This document shows, in pieces, positions 11,539-24,947 of a stretch of 64,000 bases of DNA. The notes beneath the pieces were generated by a model, which saw only the letters and a program-made list of their open reading frames with translations, ran no database searches and had not been told where the DNA came from. The first letter of the stretch is position 1. Every line of letters begins with the position of its first letter. The position numbers and the translations under genes were made by a program. Source of the stretch: Macrostomum hystrix (Eukaryota; Animalia; Platyhelminthes); assembly GCA_950097015.1 (NCBI GenBank), contig CATNEN010000038.1, positions 6,200,001 to 6,264,000 on the forward strand. The letters run 5' to 3'.

Positions 11539-14500
11539 CTACAGACAGGCTGCAGTTTGATCGCTGCCGCCACCCCTGGAAGAAGCAGCGGCCGAGACGG
11601 AGGCGGGAAGCACAACCTTCGGACCTTCGTCAGCTGCGACCGCGGCAGCGTGCGACGGAATGAGGCTGGAGTTGAGGTCCGGCCTAATGGCCAGCTCTGC
11701 GGAACAAGACCGTGAGGGGTCAGTACTAGGATTACAGGCCTACAGTACTAGGATTACAGGCCTACAGTACTAGGATTACAGGCCTACAGTACTAGGATTA
11801 CAGGCCTACAGTACTAGGATTACAGGCCTACAGTACTAGGATTACAGGCCTACAGTACTAGGATTACAGGCCTACAGTACTAGGATTACAGGCCTACAGT
11901 ACTAGGATTACAGGCCTACAGTACTAGGATTACAGGCCTACAGTACTAGGATTACAGGCCTACAGTACTAGGATTACCGGTCTACAGAACTGCCTGCCAG
12001 AATTATCGGCATACCGCACTAGGATTACCGGCAAGGATTATCGGCAGGTAATCCACCAGGATTAAGGGCCTACTCTTCAGGGATTATCGACCTACCCCAC
12101 TAGGATTACTGACCTACGCTACTGGGATTAGCAGAACCAGGTAAAATAGCAAAAAACATTTCTTAACGAACCGGCAGGCTTGAAGTTAAACAGCTTCGGC
12201 AGCGGCTGCCCAGACGGCAGCTTGGCTGAGTCCAAGCGTAGCTCGTCAAAGAACTGGTGGCAGCAGGCTTCTAGCGGGCTGACGCGCTGCTGAGGCTGGT
12301 AGATTAGCAGCCGGTTGATGAGGCTGATGGCTTCTGGCGGCGTGCGTGGTCGGAAAACCTTTAGCCAGGGCACACTAAGAAAATATTGTGTTAAATCGCA
12401 TTAGTTTTCAAGGTCATTCTAGTCAGTCAGTTTTCAAGGTCATTCTAATCAGCCAGTTTTCAAGGTCATTCTAGTCAGCCAGTTTTCAAGGTCATTGTAG
12501 TCAGACAGTTTTCAAGGTCATTCAAGGCTGTCACGTCGCATATAAATGTGAAATTCAAAACGCAGAACTCACCCAGGGATCTGGGGAAACTTGAACTCGG
12601 TGTAGTTGGGATTCATCTCGTTGATTTGCTCCCTGGAAGGGGTGCCCAGCACCTTGATGATCTCCACCAGCTGGTCCACGCCTGTGTTACCGGGAAACAG
12701 CGGTTTGCCCAGCAACAACTCGGCAACCACGCAGCCAGCGGACCAGATGTCTGCGAAATACGGAGACAGACATATCAAACTAGGCATTTATTCCACCGAA
12801 AATCAATGTAACACTATTCAGTCATCTCATCACTAACATATTAAATATACGGTTGAAAGTTGACTTTATCACTTTCCATATTTACACTGCTAGTAAATCC
12901 TATCACTACTGCATTAATCATAATTAATCCATTCAACCCATCAATTATACATAGAGTGGGTGAGTGGCAAAGCACTCTAACGAGTTTGCCTCTCGCACCA
13001 AGGTCCCTGAGCTCGATTCCGAGGCGAGGCCACATTCATTTGGGGCGCAGCCGCGGAGAGAAGGCTTTGGGGGCTTGTCGTCCAATTTACGCCCTTGAGG
13101 GCCGACCTCCAAGGCACAGTGAGAGCGCACACTGCCTGACGATGAAAAAGTCAGGTCAGATGTACACGTGTGAGCGTATGTCTGTGTACGGTGTCTGTGT
13201 GCGTGTGTGCTCAGGAGTTAGAGAATTTAGCACAATTCGAATCAAATCAACACAACACATTATTAATCCATTTACCCCATGACTAACCCATTTATCCTAT
13301 GACTAATCCATCCATCCCATGACTAATCGATCCATCCCATGACTAATCGATCCATCCAATGACTAATCTATCCATCACATGACTAATCCATCCATCCCAT
13401 GACTAATCCATTTATCCCATGACTAATCTATTTATCAAATGACTAATCCAGTTCTAAAATGGCTAATCCATTTATCACATGACTAATCGATCCATCCCAT
13501 GACTAATCCATCCATCCCATGACTAATCAATTTATCCCATGACTAATCCATCCATCCCATGACTAATCAATTTATCCCATGACTAATCCATTTATCAAAT
13601 GACTAATCCATTTATCAAATGACTAATCCATTTATCAAATGACTAATCCATTTATCAAATGACTAATCCATTTATCAAATGACTAATCCATTTATCAAAT
13701 GGCTAATCCATTTATCCAATATTAGTCCATTCAGCCTACTTAATCCGTTCATCGTGATATCCCAGACCAGAGGTCTCACCGATCTGGCAGGTGTAATGAG
13801 TAGCGCCGAAGATCAGTTCAGGTGCTCTGTAGTAGCGGCTGCAGATGTAGGACACGTTGGGCTCGCCGCGCTGCAGATTCTTGGCGCTGCCGAAGTCGCA
13901 CAATTTGAGCACACCGGACTCAGGATTGAGGAGCAGATTCTGCGGCTTGATGTCTCGATGGCAGACGCCAAGGCTGTGCAAATAGGCCAGCGAACGAAAC
14001 ATCTGGTAGGCGTACAGTTTGGCGTGCAGCATGGGAATGGTCTGCTTGTGCCGGTTATAGTGCCGACACACGCGATAAACCGTCTCGGGCATAAACTCCA
14101 GCACCAGGTTGAGATACACTTCATCCTTCTAGTCGGTTTGGGGGTGAATAAAAAATGAATGTGCGGTCTAAGGAATTCTGTATGAGACAGGCTGAGACAC
14201 AATTAGACACAGGCTGAAGAAATGAGACACAGGCTGAAGCAATTAGACACAGGCTGAAGCAATGAGACACAGGCTGAAGCAATTAGACACAGGCTGAAGC
14301 AATGAGACACAGGCTGAAGCAATGAGACACAGGCTGAAGCAATGAGACACAGGCTGAAGCAATGAGACACAGACTGAAGCAATGAGACACAGGCTGAAGC
14401 AATGAGACACAGGCTGAAGCAATGAGACACAGACTGAAGCAATGAGACACAGACTGAAGCAATGAGACACAGACTGAAGCAATGACTTTTGCTTGACTTA

Positions 14501-15994
14501 TGTTTCATATTGTATTGTTTAACAGCCTGTCCCTCATTGCTTCAGCATGTGGGAGGTCAGGAGTTCGAATCTCAGTCTACAGGAAGCCATTTGTTCTAAG
14601 TGCTTAGGCTTAAAACAATGGTAAAATTAGTACCAGCAGCATCAGCTAGGGATCCAGGGTAGGAATTTTGTTGGGTATGTCAGCCTCCAAAGTTTATGGA
14701 CTCAAAAGTTGAGGAAACAAAAGTGGGCTAAATATCAAATTAAGACTACGTACTCACATTGTCTCCATTTGAATAGAAGAAATAGTTCAGCGAGACAATG
14801 TTCTGATGCTCAATAGAGCGCATAATCTGTAGCTCCCGATTCTTAAATCTCTTATCTTGCAGCACCTTTTTTATGGCGACCACCTTTTTGTTGCTAAGCA
14901 AGGTGGCTTGATAGACAACACCAAAACTGCCATTACCAATGGACTTCATATCGGTGAAGGAGATCTCTTGCGCTTTCTCACTTTGGCATGGAGTGGCCAG
15001 CACCGTGTACACCTTCTGCTCACCAAAGCTGGCCACTGTTTTAGAGAGGATGGTAGTGCAACATTATCAAACTGTCATATGATACAACTGGCTTTGGCTA
15101 ATATTCTGCACAGCATGTACATTCTAGTGTTTAATGCTCAATGGTATGAGGGCACTACTTTGTACAAAGGTGATTGTAGTGAACAATTAGAGAAAAATTA
15201 AGCACTGAGCAATAAAATTTTAACTTGACTAAAATCCTAGTTTTCACATATACCTTGAAAGTTCTCATGGGCAACATTTTAAGACATTTCTTTATGCCAG
15301 TGCAAAATGTTCAATGTTACATACTCGTAATTGCAAACATAGCAATTTAGCTACTATGTACATGTAAATAAAACAATTAATTCATTCACTTGTTGCATAT
15401 TTTTAGACTTTAGCTATAATTTTTATTATAGAAGAATAGCATTTAAGTAAAATATTTCTTTACTGAAAATTTCTACAGCCTATCAACTAACCTAGTAAAC
15501 ACTTCAGCCTATTGGAATTTGTAGACAAATTGATAATTTTTCAGGACCTTCATTTGTGTCTGATAGAGTGACGAAGGACAATTTTTTGGCAAAATGTCAA
15601 GATGGCAAATAACTAAAGATAGTGGAAAAAAAGACCAGATAGGCCTAATGATTTCAAATACCCACATTTTTCTTTTTTGCATCTCCAACAATATTTTGTG
15701 AACCAATTGCCATGAAAGGTTACGAGTTTGTCACTTCACAAATCAAAAATTGTTGCTGACTCAGACAATTTTTATTTGACTAACTAATTGCCTAAGTGAC
15801 CAGCACCAAAAATGATTATTCATGCTTAAAACAAGGCAAAAAAGAAATGAGCTAGCTGTTTCCCAGTTTTGTATTATAAAGTAGATACTTTGGCATTTAG
15901 ATATAATCAATAGAGATATAGTAGCTCTGCATATAATTTTTATGTAGCACCAGTATTAAAAAATGTTAAATACTTATAACTTACCTGGCTTCAT
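11539..15994 (-). CDS. GSK3: Glycogen synthase kinase-3 homolog; coding exons 15994-15985, 15035-14758, 14128-13780, 12750-12573, 12374-12172, 11696-11539
   Basis: [83 protein letters not shown]. All introns are GT-AG with compatible phases. The first exon is less certain because an acceptor lies just upstream at ~16022. Confidence 0.95.
11721..11990. repeat. 22-bp intronic minisatellite (cagtactaggattacaggccta)
   Basis: About 12 near-identical units in the last GSK3 intron. Confidence 0.95.
12402..12525. repeat. 26-bp intronic tandem repeat (agttttcaaggtcattctagtcagcc)
   Basis: About 5 units. Confidence 0.85.
12953..13222 (+). mobile_element. tRNA-derived SINE family A copy in a GSK3 intron
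   Basis: B-box-like gagctcgattccg, followed by ggccacattca..ggggcgcagccgcgg and cctgacgatgaaaaagtcagg. Homologous to the copies at 47.1 and 55.5 kb. Confidence 0.75.
13262..13720. repeat. 20-bp intronic minisatellite (gactaatccatttatcaaat / gactaatccatccatcccat)
   Basis: About 22 units. Confidence 0.95.
14182..14485. repeat. 20-bp intronic minisatellite (aggctgaagcaatgagacac)
   Basis: About 15 units. Confidence 0.95.
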
Positions 15995-18280
15995 AACTTG
16001 TTGTGAAGAACTATTTTGATTCTACTTTAGAGTTAAAATAAGAAGAAAAATGCTAGGACTAGGCCCCTATGCTTAGCTAGCTCATTTGAAACTTCAAAGG
16101 TATAGGCTCCACTTTATTAGCAAGCTACTTAAAAAGTCAAAAGAACAATTAAAAAGACTAGACTTAAAAGACAGCCAGTAACTAGTACTGTTTCTAGATT
16201 GTCTTGATAATATAGCTAACCAGCTATTATTGGTTGTTTTACGACTCTATGCTATGTCAGTGACAGCTTAATTAACGGAAAAACCTAGACTTTACAAATG
16301 ATGCTGGAATTTTACAAGGACAATTGAAGTATATATTTTTGTGATAATATTTGATTTGAAGTAAGGAAATGAAAAAAACTATAAAGATTCGTTCCCTGAC
16401 AGTATCTTTACAAGTTTGTAGTTTCCTATGTTTCTAACCGTTTGTACTTTAGGTTAAAATTAAACCAAGCAAAAGTTAAAGGACAAAACTTTGTAATAGA
16501 AAAAACGTTTGTAAATTGATGAATAATTATAGTTCTTAAAAAAAGCAAAGTTAAACACAAGTCAGAAATATTCAAGGTTTCAAGAAGGAGTCGATTGCAG
16601 GGTCAAAATATATTTCGTGACAGTTCCTAGAAAAAGTAATTTAAAGAAGGTGCTCTTTTTATTCGCGTTGATAAAAAAATGAAGTGCTTACTTAAATAAT
16701 TTAGTGCTGATTAAAATTTGGTAGTCATACTGAGAGGAATTTCACTGAAGAAGCAAACTAAGAGACTCTATATTTTTTGGAGCACATTTGTGTTTATGTT
16801 CGTCTGAGTTAACGACTATGATCCGATGCAATCAATTAAACTAGATGCATGCTAGCTAGCTTCCAGTTACCGCGTGCCGTGCGCGTCAGGGCCTTCTAAG
16901 CGAGCTAGGCCTATTACGCTTAAATTTTTTATTAATAGATAGGACCTAGACTTTAGCCATATTATTCAGCTATTTTGTGTGTTATGCTTTTGTTGTAAAT
17001 AAAAATAATTATTGCCAACTAGAGCTACAGCTCAGGCTTAGACCTACTATAGACACTAGGCCTTAGCTTACTAAGTTAGGCCTACTCGCAGTTTGAAATA
17101 GTCATTTGAAAGTTATTTGAAAGTTATCACTATCAGCTAGGCCGTAGTATTAGCACTTAAACTATGTGGATGGCTATGACGAGATGTAGAGAGCCTTATG
17201 AGGGCTAATGACAAAGAGGATATGTAAAGACACTTCAGACTGCCTACAATGGAAATTCATAATTCCCTGCTGTGGCATTGGGGACTCAAGTTAGGCCTAT
17301 CAAGAATTAGGCCTAAAAGCCACATGCATGTTTTGGGGTGGTGGGAAAGGTGTTTCAACCCAAACCTGTTTAGTCCCATGCCATGTTCCCAAAGGCCAAG
17401 GCTTGAATTCTCACTAGCTTCAGTCTCCTTGGTCCTTGGCTTCATATTTCTCGATACAGATATGGATAAGCTAGGGGAAAATTTTGGAGACACAGATATG
17501 GATTCAGATACAAGAAATTTTTGGTTATGGTGGAACTCTAACAATTATGTCGTAGGCCCTCTCTCTTTACTTTTGTTTCCTATCTGCAAAAACTGTACTT
17601 ATTATAAATTTAGCTATTCTTACTATTATTTATCTCTGCCTTCACTATATAATATGGTTATTCTATAGCTATGTAACTCAGAACAATATTATTTTCTACC
17701 TATGATAGCGATTTTGTGTCCAAGCAGCAAGACACCTTATAACATTGCACTGATTTTAACCAACCCTATTGAGCATCCAATGGATTAAAGTTGTCTAATT
17801 CAACACGAATATTATTATTATTTCTAACCTTCCCTATTCAGAACGTTTTTCCTTATATTAGCCTATTCTAAAGCAATAATTAACACAAGAACAACTCCAA
17901 TTTATTTCACTCATTTCTCTCTTCCTAAGATCTATTTCCTTAGTCTCCTCTTTTGTATTTCGGGACAAAAACGTCAAGTCTTTTTAGGCAAAATCACATG
18001 ATATATATATAGTATTTTGGGCGGGGGTTGGTAAGCGCATTTAAACAACTGAAATTGGTTGCAAAATAATGTTGGACAATTTGGCGTAAATTCAACTTTA
18101 GGTTTTACGTGAATATTTCATGGGCCTGCCTCAATTATTTACTTTTATTTGACTTAGGCCTAAATCTTTTAATAACACTAGGCCTAACATATTCACTGGT
18201 AACATCCTTTATAATTTTATATTGTGTTTTAGGCCTAGCATTTGTAATACAAAAACATCTCGCTTTGAGCTGGCTGAACC

Positions 18281-19691
18281 TCATTCGAGAACTTGATTGC
18301 TAGTGCTCTGCAGATCTTGGTCAGTAGTTTTGCTTGACTCGCTTGAGCTAGCAGCATCTTGCTTGAGAAAATGACTGATAGTGTCTTGAAGAACTTTACT
18401 AGCTGCTCTGGCATTTGTTTGGGTACTTGCCATGTATGACTTTGTAGCAGTAGACTGTGAATGGTTTAAAGCATGGTTGACTAAATGTTGCATGCCATTG
18501 TCATTCACCTCTCAGCTTTTAGGCCTACTTAGTTTGGAAGACATGCCAAACTATGTTTGGAGATACTTGGTGTAGTGCAAGAAGCAATGGGAATTTCCAT
18601 CTCTTTTCTTGCAGGAAAGTTGCAAACAAGTGATTCCTTGTAAGCCTTACACTGAAAAAATTTCATTTGGCTTTGCACCAGACTCAAGTCTATGTTTTCT
18701 ATACAAAAGTAGAAGATCCTTTGTCAGCAGCATTGATAAATGGTCAGGACCATCCATCTTCTGCTGTCTTTTGCTTGTGAATGTCAAAGAATGTGGCAGG
18801 ATCCATCTTAATGTCATTCTTCCACTGCAGAAATTCTCACACTTTTGCTTTTGAAACTATATCAGGACAATTTGCGCCATGTGGAAAAATGGTCAAATTC
18901 AAACCTAGAAATATTACACACTTCAGAGTCAAGATCGTCCTCAGCTTTGGCTTTAAACTCTTGTATCACATTAAATACTGCCTGGAGTTCATCTGAATGA
19001 AGTATTAGATTTGAGCCATCAAGCTATTTTTGCATGCTTTTTCTCTTGGTTACAAGACTTTCCACAGCAAGCATTAGCTATTTTAAGAGTCCAAATCGGC
19101 AGTCAGTTCCAATTCAGTAATTAGTTTATTCTTTAGAAGGCTGCTGTGAAGCCAGAGCTCTTGAATTATTTGCAGATTGGAATGATCTAGAACATTAGAC
19201 TTGCCTCTTAAAGGTGTCATCGGCAATGGCATGTCACTAGAACTAGAGCTGTCTAGCTTTCTTTTCATGGAAGCTTGGCAAAGGCCAGATGGACCAGCCT
19301 GTGATCTGAAAGCCTTCTGGCAGGCTGCAAGCTTTGACATTTTTTGAATTCCAGAGGCACCAACAGAGTTAGCTTTTTGTTGCAATGGAGTGCCAAACAC
19401 TGTGGCACGTAGCTTGATGACTTCAGCCTCACTGCTACTGGAGCTACTGGAAGCTGCTAGTGGAACCATTTCATCTCTATTGCTCTCACACTCTGAGTCA
19501 TAACTATCACTCTCAGCATCACAAACAACTTTGGTCTTGCATGTTTTCTTGCTGCTTTTAACAACAGGACCTCTTCCCTCTTTGTTAGCATTAACTTGAT
19601 TCAGCTTGCTTAGAATGGTGTCAGTGTCATTTCTGTCTGCAAGATCTTCAATTAAAATGCTAGCTGCGCCAAGTGTCAAATGACAACACAA
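18281..19691 (-). pseudogene. Decayed tyrosine-recombinase-like ORF (non-Crypton type)
   Basis: Manual translation across stops and frameshifts gives GAN(C<R)PDIVSKAKV.EF..HKQKT (~18880-18770), ISKHSL-(R)HVFQT (~18560-18530, needs a 2-nt indel) and LNHSQSTATKSY (~18470-18433). This is the order R..K..HxxRH..H..Y. ORF 19083-19691 may be its N-terminal part. Confidence 0.45.
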
Positions 19692-21251
19692 GCTAACTTC
19701 TCAGTACCCTGCTGGACTACAATTCAGCTACCTGGTACTAATGACTAATCTTCTTATAGTCACTCAGATGTTGTAGCATTGCAGAACCAACATAAATGGG
19801 CTGTAAATATGTACCAGACCCACAGTACAAGCCATTGTTTATCACTTGTGGCACTCATGCCATAGCAACGAACGTTTTTTGGTTGTCTAAGGGACTTCTG
19901 AAAATTCAATGGAAATGAACAGTTTTTAGTCTAACTAAAATGGAAATGACAATGACAAAAAAACACTAACAAGATTAAGCTGGCTTTATATCTACATTCT
20001 CAAAGGAAATATTAGAATAGCTAAATGAAAGGTCCTTTATTTGTAAAAGTTTGCTAAATTTTATATATGTATGAATCTGTAATCAACTATCTAAAAATAG
20101 GCATACCAATATTCTTCTTAATTTCTAAAATTTACTTTGCTTTCTATCTATTACACTAAGGCTGAAGTGAAAATTTAGGTTTGAAGTATTATAGTATTAA
20201 TTATTTACTAATAAAGAACCATAGTTACTAAATAAAGAAAAAACTACATAGAAAGTATTTAGAATTTGATAAAAGTACAAATAGGAATAGTAATTTTTTA
20301 CATTTTACATACATTTCTCACATTGGGGTTTTAGGAGTCCTTTGCTGCCCATGAGTCCTCTGCTTCAGTCAAACAATACATTAAGCTACCAAAATTAATA
20401 TATTTTAATGTATGTTAATATTCACTTTTTTCTATAATATATTACTCAATAAGCATAATATTTAGAATTTTTAGCCCAGGAAAAACAAAAGCTTTAAATT
20501 GTATTTAAAAAAAAAGATAATTACCAATTTTCATTTTGTACTTTAAAAAGTATACTTTGTCTAAAAATATAAATAATAAATTCTAATATAAAGACAAAAC
20601 CAATAAAAAAGCTAATTTGTTTGACAACCTGAAATTGTAAATTGTAATTGCAAACTAAGACTAATTGTAAACTAGGTCTTCTTAAAGCATATGCATAATA
20701 TTAGCTATATTTTCTAGTAGTCTATTCAGGAATTGGCACTAAGCAATATATTTCATTGTTTTGTCACCTTTGGCTCCCTAAAGATTTCAAAGTTTGCTTT
20801 CGTCACCTAAACTAAAAGATCACTAGCCAAGCACTTTGCACTTAGTAGCAATTAACAAAGCTTAGTAGCTATATAACTAGGCTTTGGTTGCCTATCATGC
20901 TTATCTTGTCTCTAGTCTTAGAATAGGCATGGTTTATTGTCCATCAATAGGCTATTCCAAAAAAAATTAGTCAAGTATATAAGTAAAAATACGAAAAAAT
21001 AAGAGAAAATTGCTTGTATCACATGTACTTATACTTCATTTTACCTTGGCAGACCCAGTTAATTATGTAGTGGCTAGAGATACAGTGGCTAGGAATTTTG
21101 ATTCCTAATAAAATGATTACTAGCATACCCACTATACTATTGTAACAGGGCTTATAACTCTATCTTCCTCTCTCTTGGTAGCGTATACTTCTGGGCAATA
21201 TTATTCCTTCTTTCTCTTTCTAATTCTGCATATTGTCTCATATGCTTTTCC

Positions 21252-21277
21252 TGGTGGCCCTGAAAAGGGCCATTTTA
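21252..21277 (-). other. Replication-dependent histone mRNA 3' stem-loop motif
   Basis: Minus strand reads AAAAT-GGCCCT-TTTC-AGGGCC-ACCA, matching the SLBP-binding consensus. Confidence 0.7.
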
Positions 21278-22204
21278 ACTCCACAAATCTTACTTTGTGG
21301 GTTTTACTTAAGGTAGCGCTTTGCACTGACACAAGCGGTGTATCCTTCTAAGGCACTGGTCTCTTATTCTCCAGTCTTTACTGGTCACAGCCTCAATCTA
21401 TGTACACACTGAGTACTATCTCCTAATATTGAATAGCACAACAACTTCACTTATTTGAAGATTATTCTCAGCTATTGCCTTATTGTTCAGGCTCACTTGC
21501 AAGTTATATTTTCGCAACGAAGTCCTCTACTTTGATACTATTTTTTAGTTTGTTTTAATAAAAGTAATTTTCTAAAACAAAATATTCAGAATATACTGTA
21601 TAGGTTTTTGAGCACGGATTTAGCTAATATATAAAATATGCAGAATACACAGTATAGTTCTTAATCACAGATTTAGCTATAAAACACAATAAAGTATTAG
21701 ACTGCTACAACATGCCTTCTCTAGAAGAAAAACTTTGAAAAAACGTGTGATATATTTTCTAAAATACAACAACCAAAAACACAACAGTCAAAGACAACAT
21801 AAAAAGAAAAGCACCTAAAAATAATAATGCTTGTATTAAAAACCTTTACTCCTTAGAATGTTGTAGTCCTAAATAAAATAGCCACTATTTTGTGACACTC
21901 AAAGTCACATTGCTCCGGTAGCTCTCTGTAAAACGGCCAGCCGAGCTGCTGGCTCATCGATCGCACCTGTATCGCCAAGTGGCGTCGAATGCCGGCCGTC
22001 CGTCCGCGACAATGGCCCGCCGAACCGATGCGTTGACATCCTGTAAAACAGCCATAGCATGTGTCCGTGACAATCGTTCTCGCAGTACTCTGATCGCCGG
22101 CTACACCTGAGAGCATTGTGGAAACACTTCATCAGTCCTCAGGAATGCAATCCTGAGTAGGTATTGCACCAGGGCGTACCGGCTGCGTTCTATTGGAACA
22201 CCAT

Positions 22205-22440
22205 GCTGAATTTTCAGCGCCCGGGCGCTGCCCAGTGAGGCGGATTAATTTCATACGATTCCGGTGCAGAGCCTGGATTCATGCGCATTTCCAGCCCAGT
22301 GAGGCGGATTTCTTGCGATTCCGGTGCAGAGCCTGGATTCTTGCGCATTTCCAGCCCAGTGATGCGGATTTATTTCATACGATTCCGGTGCAAAACATGG
22401 ATTTAGCCGCATTTTCAGCCCGGTGAGGTGGATTTCATGT
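22205..22440. repeat. Degenerate ~60-64 bp tandem repeat (cccagtgaggcggatt..cgattccggtgcagagcctggatt)
   Basis: 3-4 units. Confidence 0.8.
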
Positions 22441-23399
22441 GGCGTCCCAATACAGTACTATCGCCCAGATTTGGGTGCCCTTATCCCCGTTAAAATCCGG
22501 TAGAAATTTCTTATAAATCCGGTCAATTCTACTGGAAATGATGACCTCATCCTCCCGAAAATCCGACTGACATTTCAAACTCATATGGCAAATTCAACTG
22601 GATCTTCTGTCCTAATCCAAGGAAAAATCCAGTTGAAAATTCTAATGGCTCTGGTACTTTCACCTGGATTCTGTATAAACTTTCGTAACGCTTCCGACTT
22701 TTTCGTCCGGATTTCTCAATGCATTACCGAGATATGAGAAAATCCGGTCGAAAAAAAATAATCCGGTCCAAAATGCTTGCTAATGGTTTGGCGGGCCTGA
22801 TAACTCACCGGTAGTCCGTATGCTCCGTGGGTGGCGAGGAGCTGCCTGCAGGTGGCTGTTGTTTTTTGAGCCGCTTGCCCGTCGCCTACTGCAACGATTT
22901 GGCGGCTAGTCAACTGCCGCCTCAAGTCCGGTTGAGCAGTGAGCTGACGACTGCAGGTCACTCCCTCCGCCTCTCTAACATGTGCTTTAACATTTTTGCT
23001 GCTTTGACTGCTGTTGTCGGCACTGCTGTTGTCGTTGCCGTGACCGCTGCTGCCACCGCTGCTGCCGCTAGCTGGTAATCGAGGCCTTGTAGGCTGCCTT
23101 TCTGGGGCTTCTGCAACGGCAGGCATATTCTCGTCCACCAGATTGTAGTCCTCCTGTATCGCCTTCAAAAAGGCCTCGATCTTATCGTGCTCTTGTTCCT
23201 CGTTGCTCATGTTTAGCAGTGGATGACTTGATTTGTTTGCTTTTAGCATATGTCTCTCCAGGGGTCCGATTAATCCGGTATTTATACCCACCTGGGCCAA
23301 AAACTGGACCTATTCAAAGGTCTCCCGCGACCCACCTCTTACTTTTGACACCCAAAATTTAGCTTTTAACTTCAGGCTTAAAGATTTATAAGTAATCCT

Positions 23400-24607
23400 C
23401 AACCTTTTCTAACAAGGTCTTTTTAACCACGACAAGACTGATGGCACGATTTCGTGCCATGAAAGCACTACCATTCTTGACTGATGATAGTTTAGTCTAA
23501 ATTAGCCATCAAGTCAAACCAAAGGTATCCACATTTTTAAGGCTCCAAAAAAACTTAACTGCCTTTTGAACTGAATGAGAAAACATGTGTCAACATTAAT
23601 CCAGTTAGTTATATAGCATCAATAAACTTGCAGCATACTATCGCAATCACCGTCAATATCCATTCTGAGCATGCCAATGGTTAAAGCAAGCTCCAGGGCA
23701 GAGGGCGGGAAGCTCGGGGCAGGACTCGCATACGAAGATCGTTCGTTTCGTCTGACCAGACGAGTAACATGTGCGGCACCGCTTCCGCGGCCTCGGCCTG
23801 TCTCCTGTCTCAGGCAGGAAAGAATTTGCTTAAAGCGATCTCTCGACAGAGAGAACGACTGAGCTAGAAAGCCACAGTGAAACACGGAATCACCGGACCA
23901 GTAGTGGGCCAGCTCCGGCTTCTGGTCGATGCCCATGGGCAGTATAATGCCAATAAGCTTGCGCATTTAATCAGTTGAGCAATCCTTCCAATTCAATATG
24001 ATTTTGGGGACAGCATCCAATGTCTCACATTCTTGAAAAATCTTCCAAGCCTTGTTGTTGGTCCATCTGCGAAGGTTCTCGAACAACTCGTCCGGCAAAT
24101 ACAACTTTAGGTAGGCCGACTCATTTCCATCGGCAGTTTCTGGTGGCTGCCAGTTGGGCCGAACTCCAGTGGTTCCCAGAAACTCGGGGACTGGAAATGG
24201 TCTGTTGTCAAGAGTTTCCTGAACGAGCTCCCAATCACCGACTGGGATTACAGGGACTTCATTAATCTCTTCGAAAAGCTCTTCGAAGTCGCTAGCAGAT
24301 TCATCGTCGGTTACAATGGGTGAATCTAACGCAGAATCTATTTCAGAGTCAGAACTCATGATGCGTTTTTGCTGTCTTAGTCTGTTGTCGAGAAAATCTC
24401 TTTAAAAATTAGGCTTGATAGCCTTAAAAAACAGAGGAACGAAGAAAATCTAGTTACTACGTGGCGAATCTGTTTGAAACATGCTTTCAGTCGTGAAGGG
24501 TGTGTATGTGAGTTAAAAATTTTCTACCAAAAAAATTCTATGGCACGATTTCGGTCCAAGCCGTCAGGAACGGGTGTGTGTGTATAAAAGGGCAGTCAGG
24601 AAAAGGA
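23400..24607 (-). mobile_element. Internally deleted piggyBac (PGBD4-like) element
   Basis: Acidic N-terminus, then YLKLYLPDELF..TN..W.D.STD*MRKLIGI..MGI..KP....YWS..SRDRF..I...LR, joined directly to the Cys-rich tail RKRCRTC..T.FVCESC..LPALC..ACFNHWH. The DDD core is missing. Ends are degraded and boundaries approximate. Confidence 0.85.
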
Positions 24608-24947
24608 TATTATTAATCATTTTTCTAGCTACAATATTTCGTGAATTAATCGCATTTTAATGCTTTTAATCCGCAATTATAAATTAATTAGCACTGATCC
24701 TTATGGGAAAGGAAATATACCATTGGCTTTTGTCTCAGCCATGTGACTAGTTGGCCATATAATAGCAATTAATTAAATATATATATACATACATTATACT
24801 TGAAAGGCATCCTTGACTAGGCCTAGACCCAATCCATCCAAAGACTTAAAGGTTAAATATTTCAGTATAAAGTATTTTGCACTGCAGACCTGGGCCCGTC
24901 CATTTGCATTCAGTTCAGCTAAGAAGCTGCTGTGGAATCTCTGCCGC

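Noticed and set aside
13128-13160. Hammerhead ribozyme core (CTGACGA..GAAA) in SINE family A
   Set aside because: Only 1 nt separates CUGANGA from GAAA, so there is no stem II; it folds as a simple cctgac/gtcagg hairpin.
14548-14578. B-box-like ggagttcgaatc in a GSK3 intron (similar at ~56225, minus strand)
   Set aside because: Too short; no cloverleaf or SINE body could be supported.
21300-21480. Histone H3 pseudogene upstream of the stem-loop
   Set aside because: The frames I translated gave no convincing histone motif, only a weak KD..L similarity.
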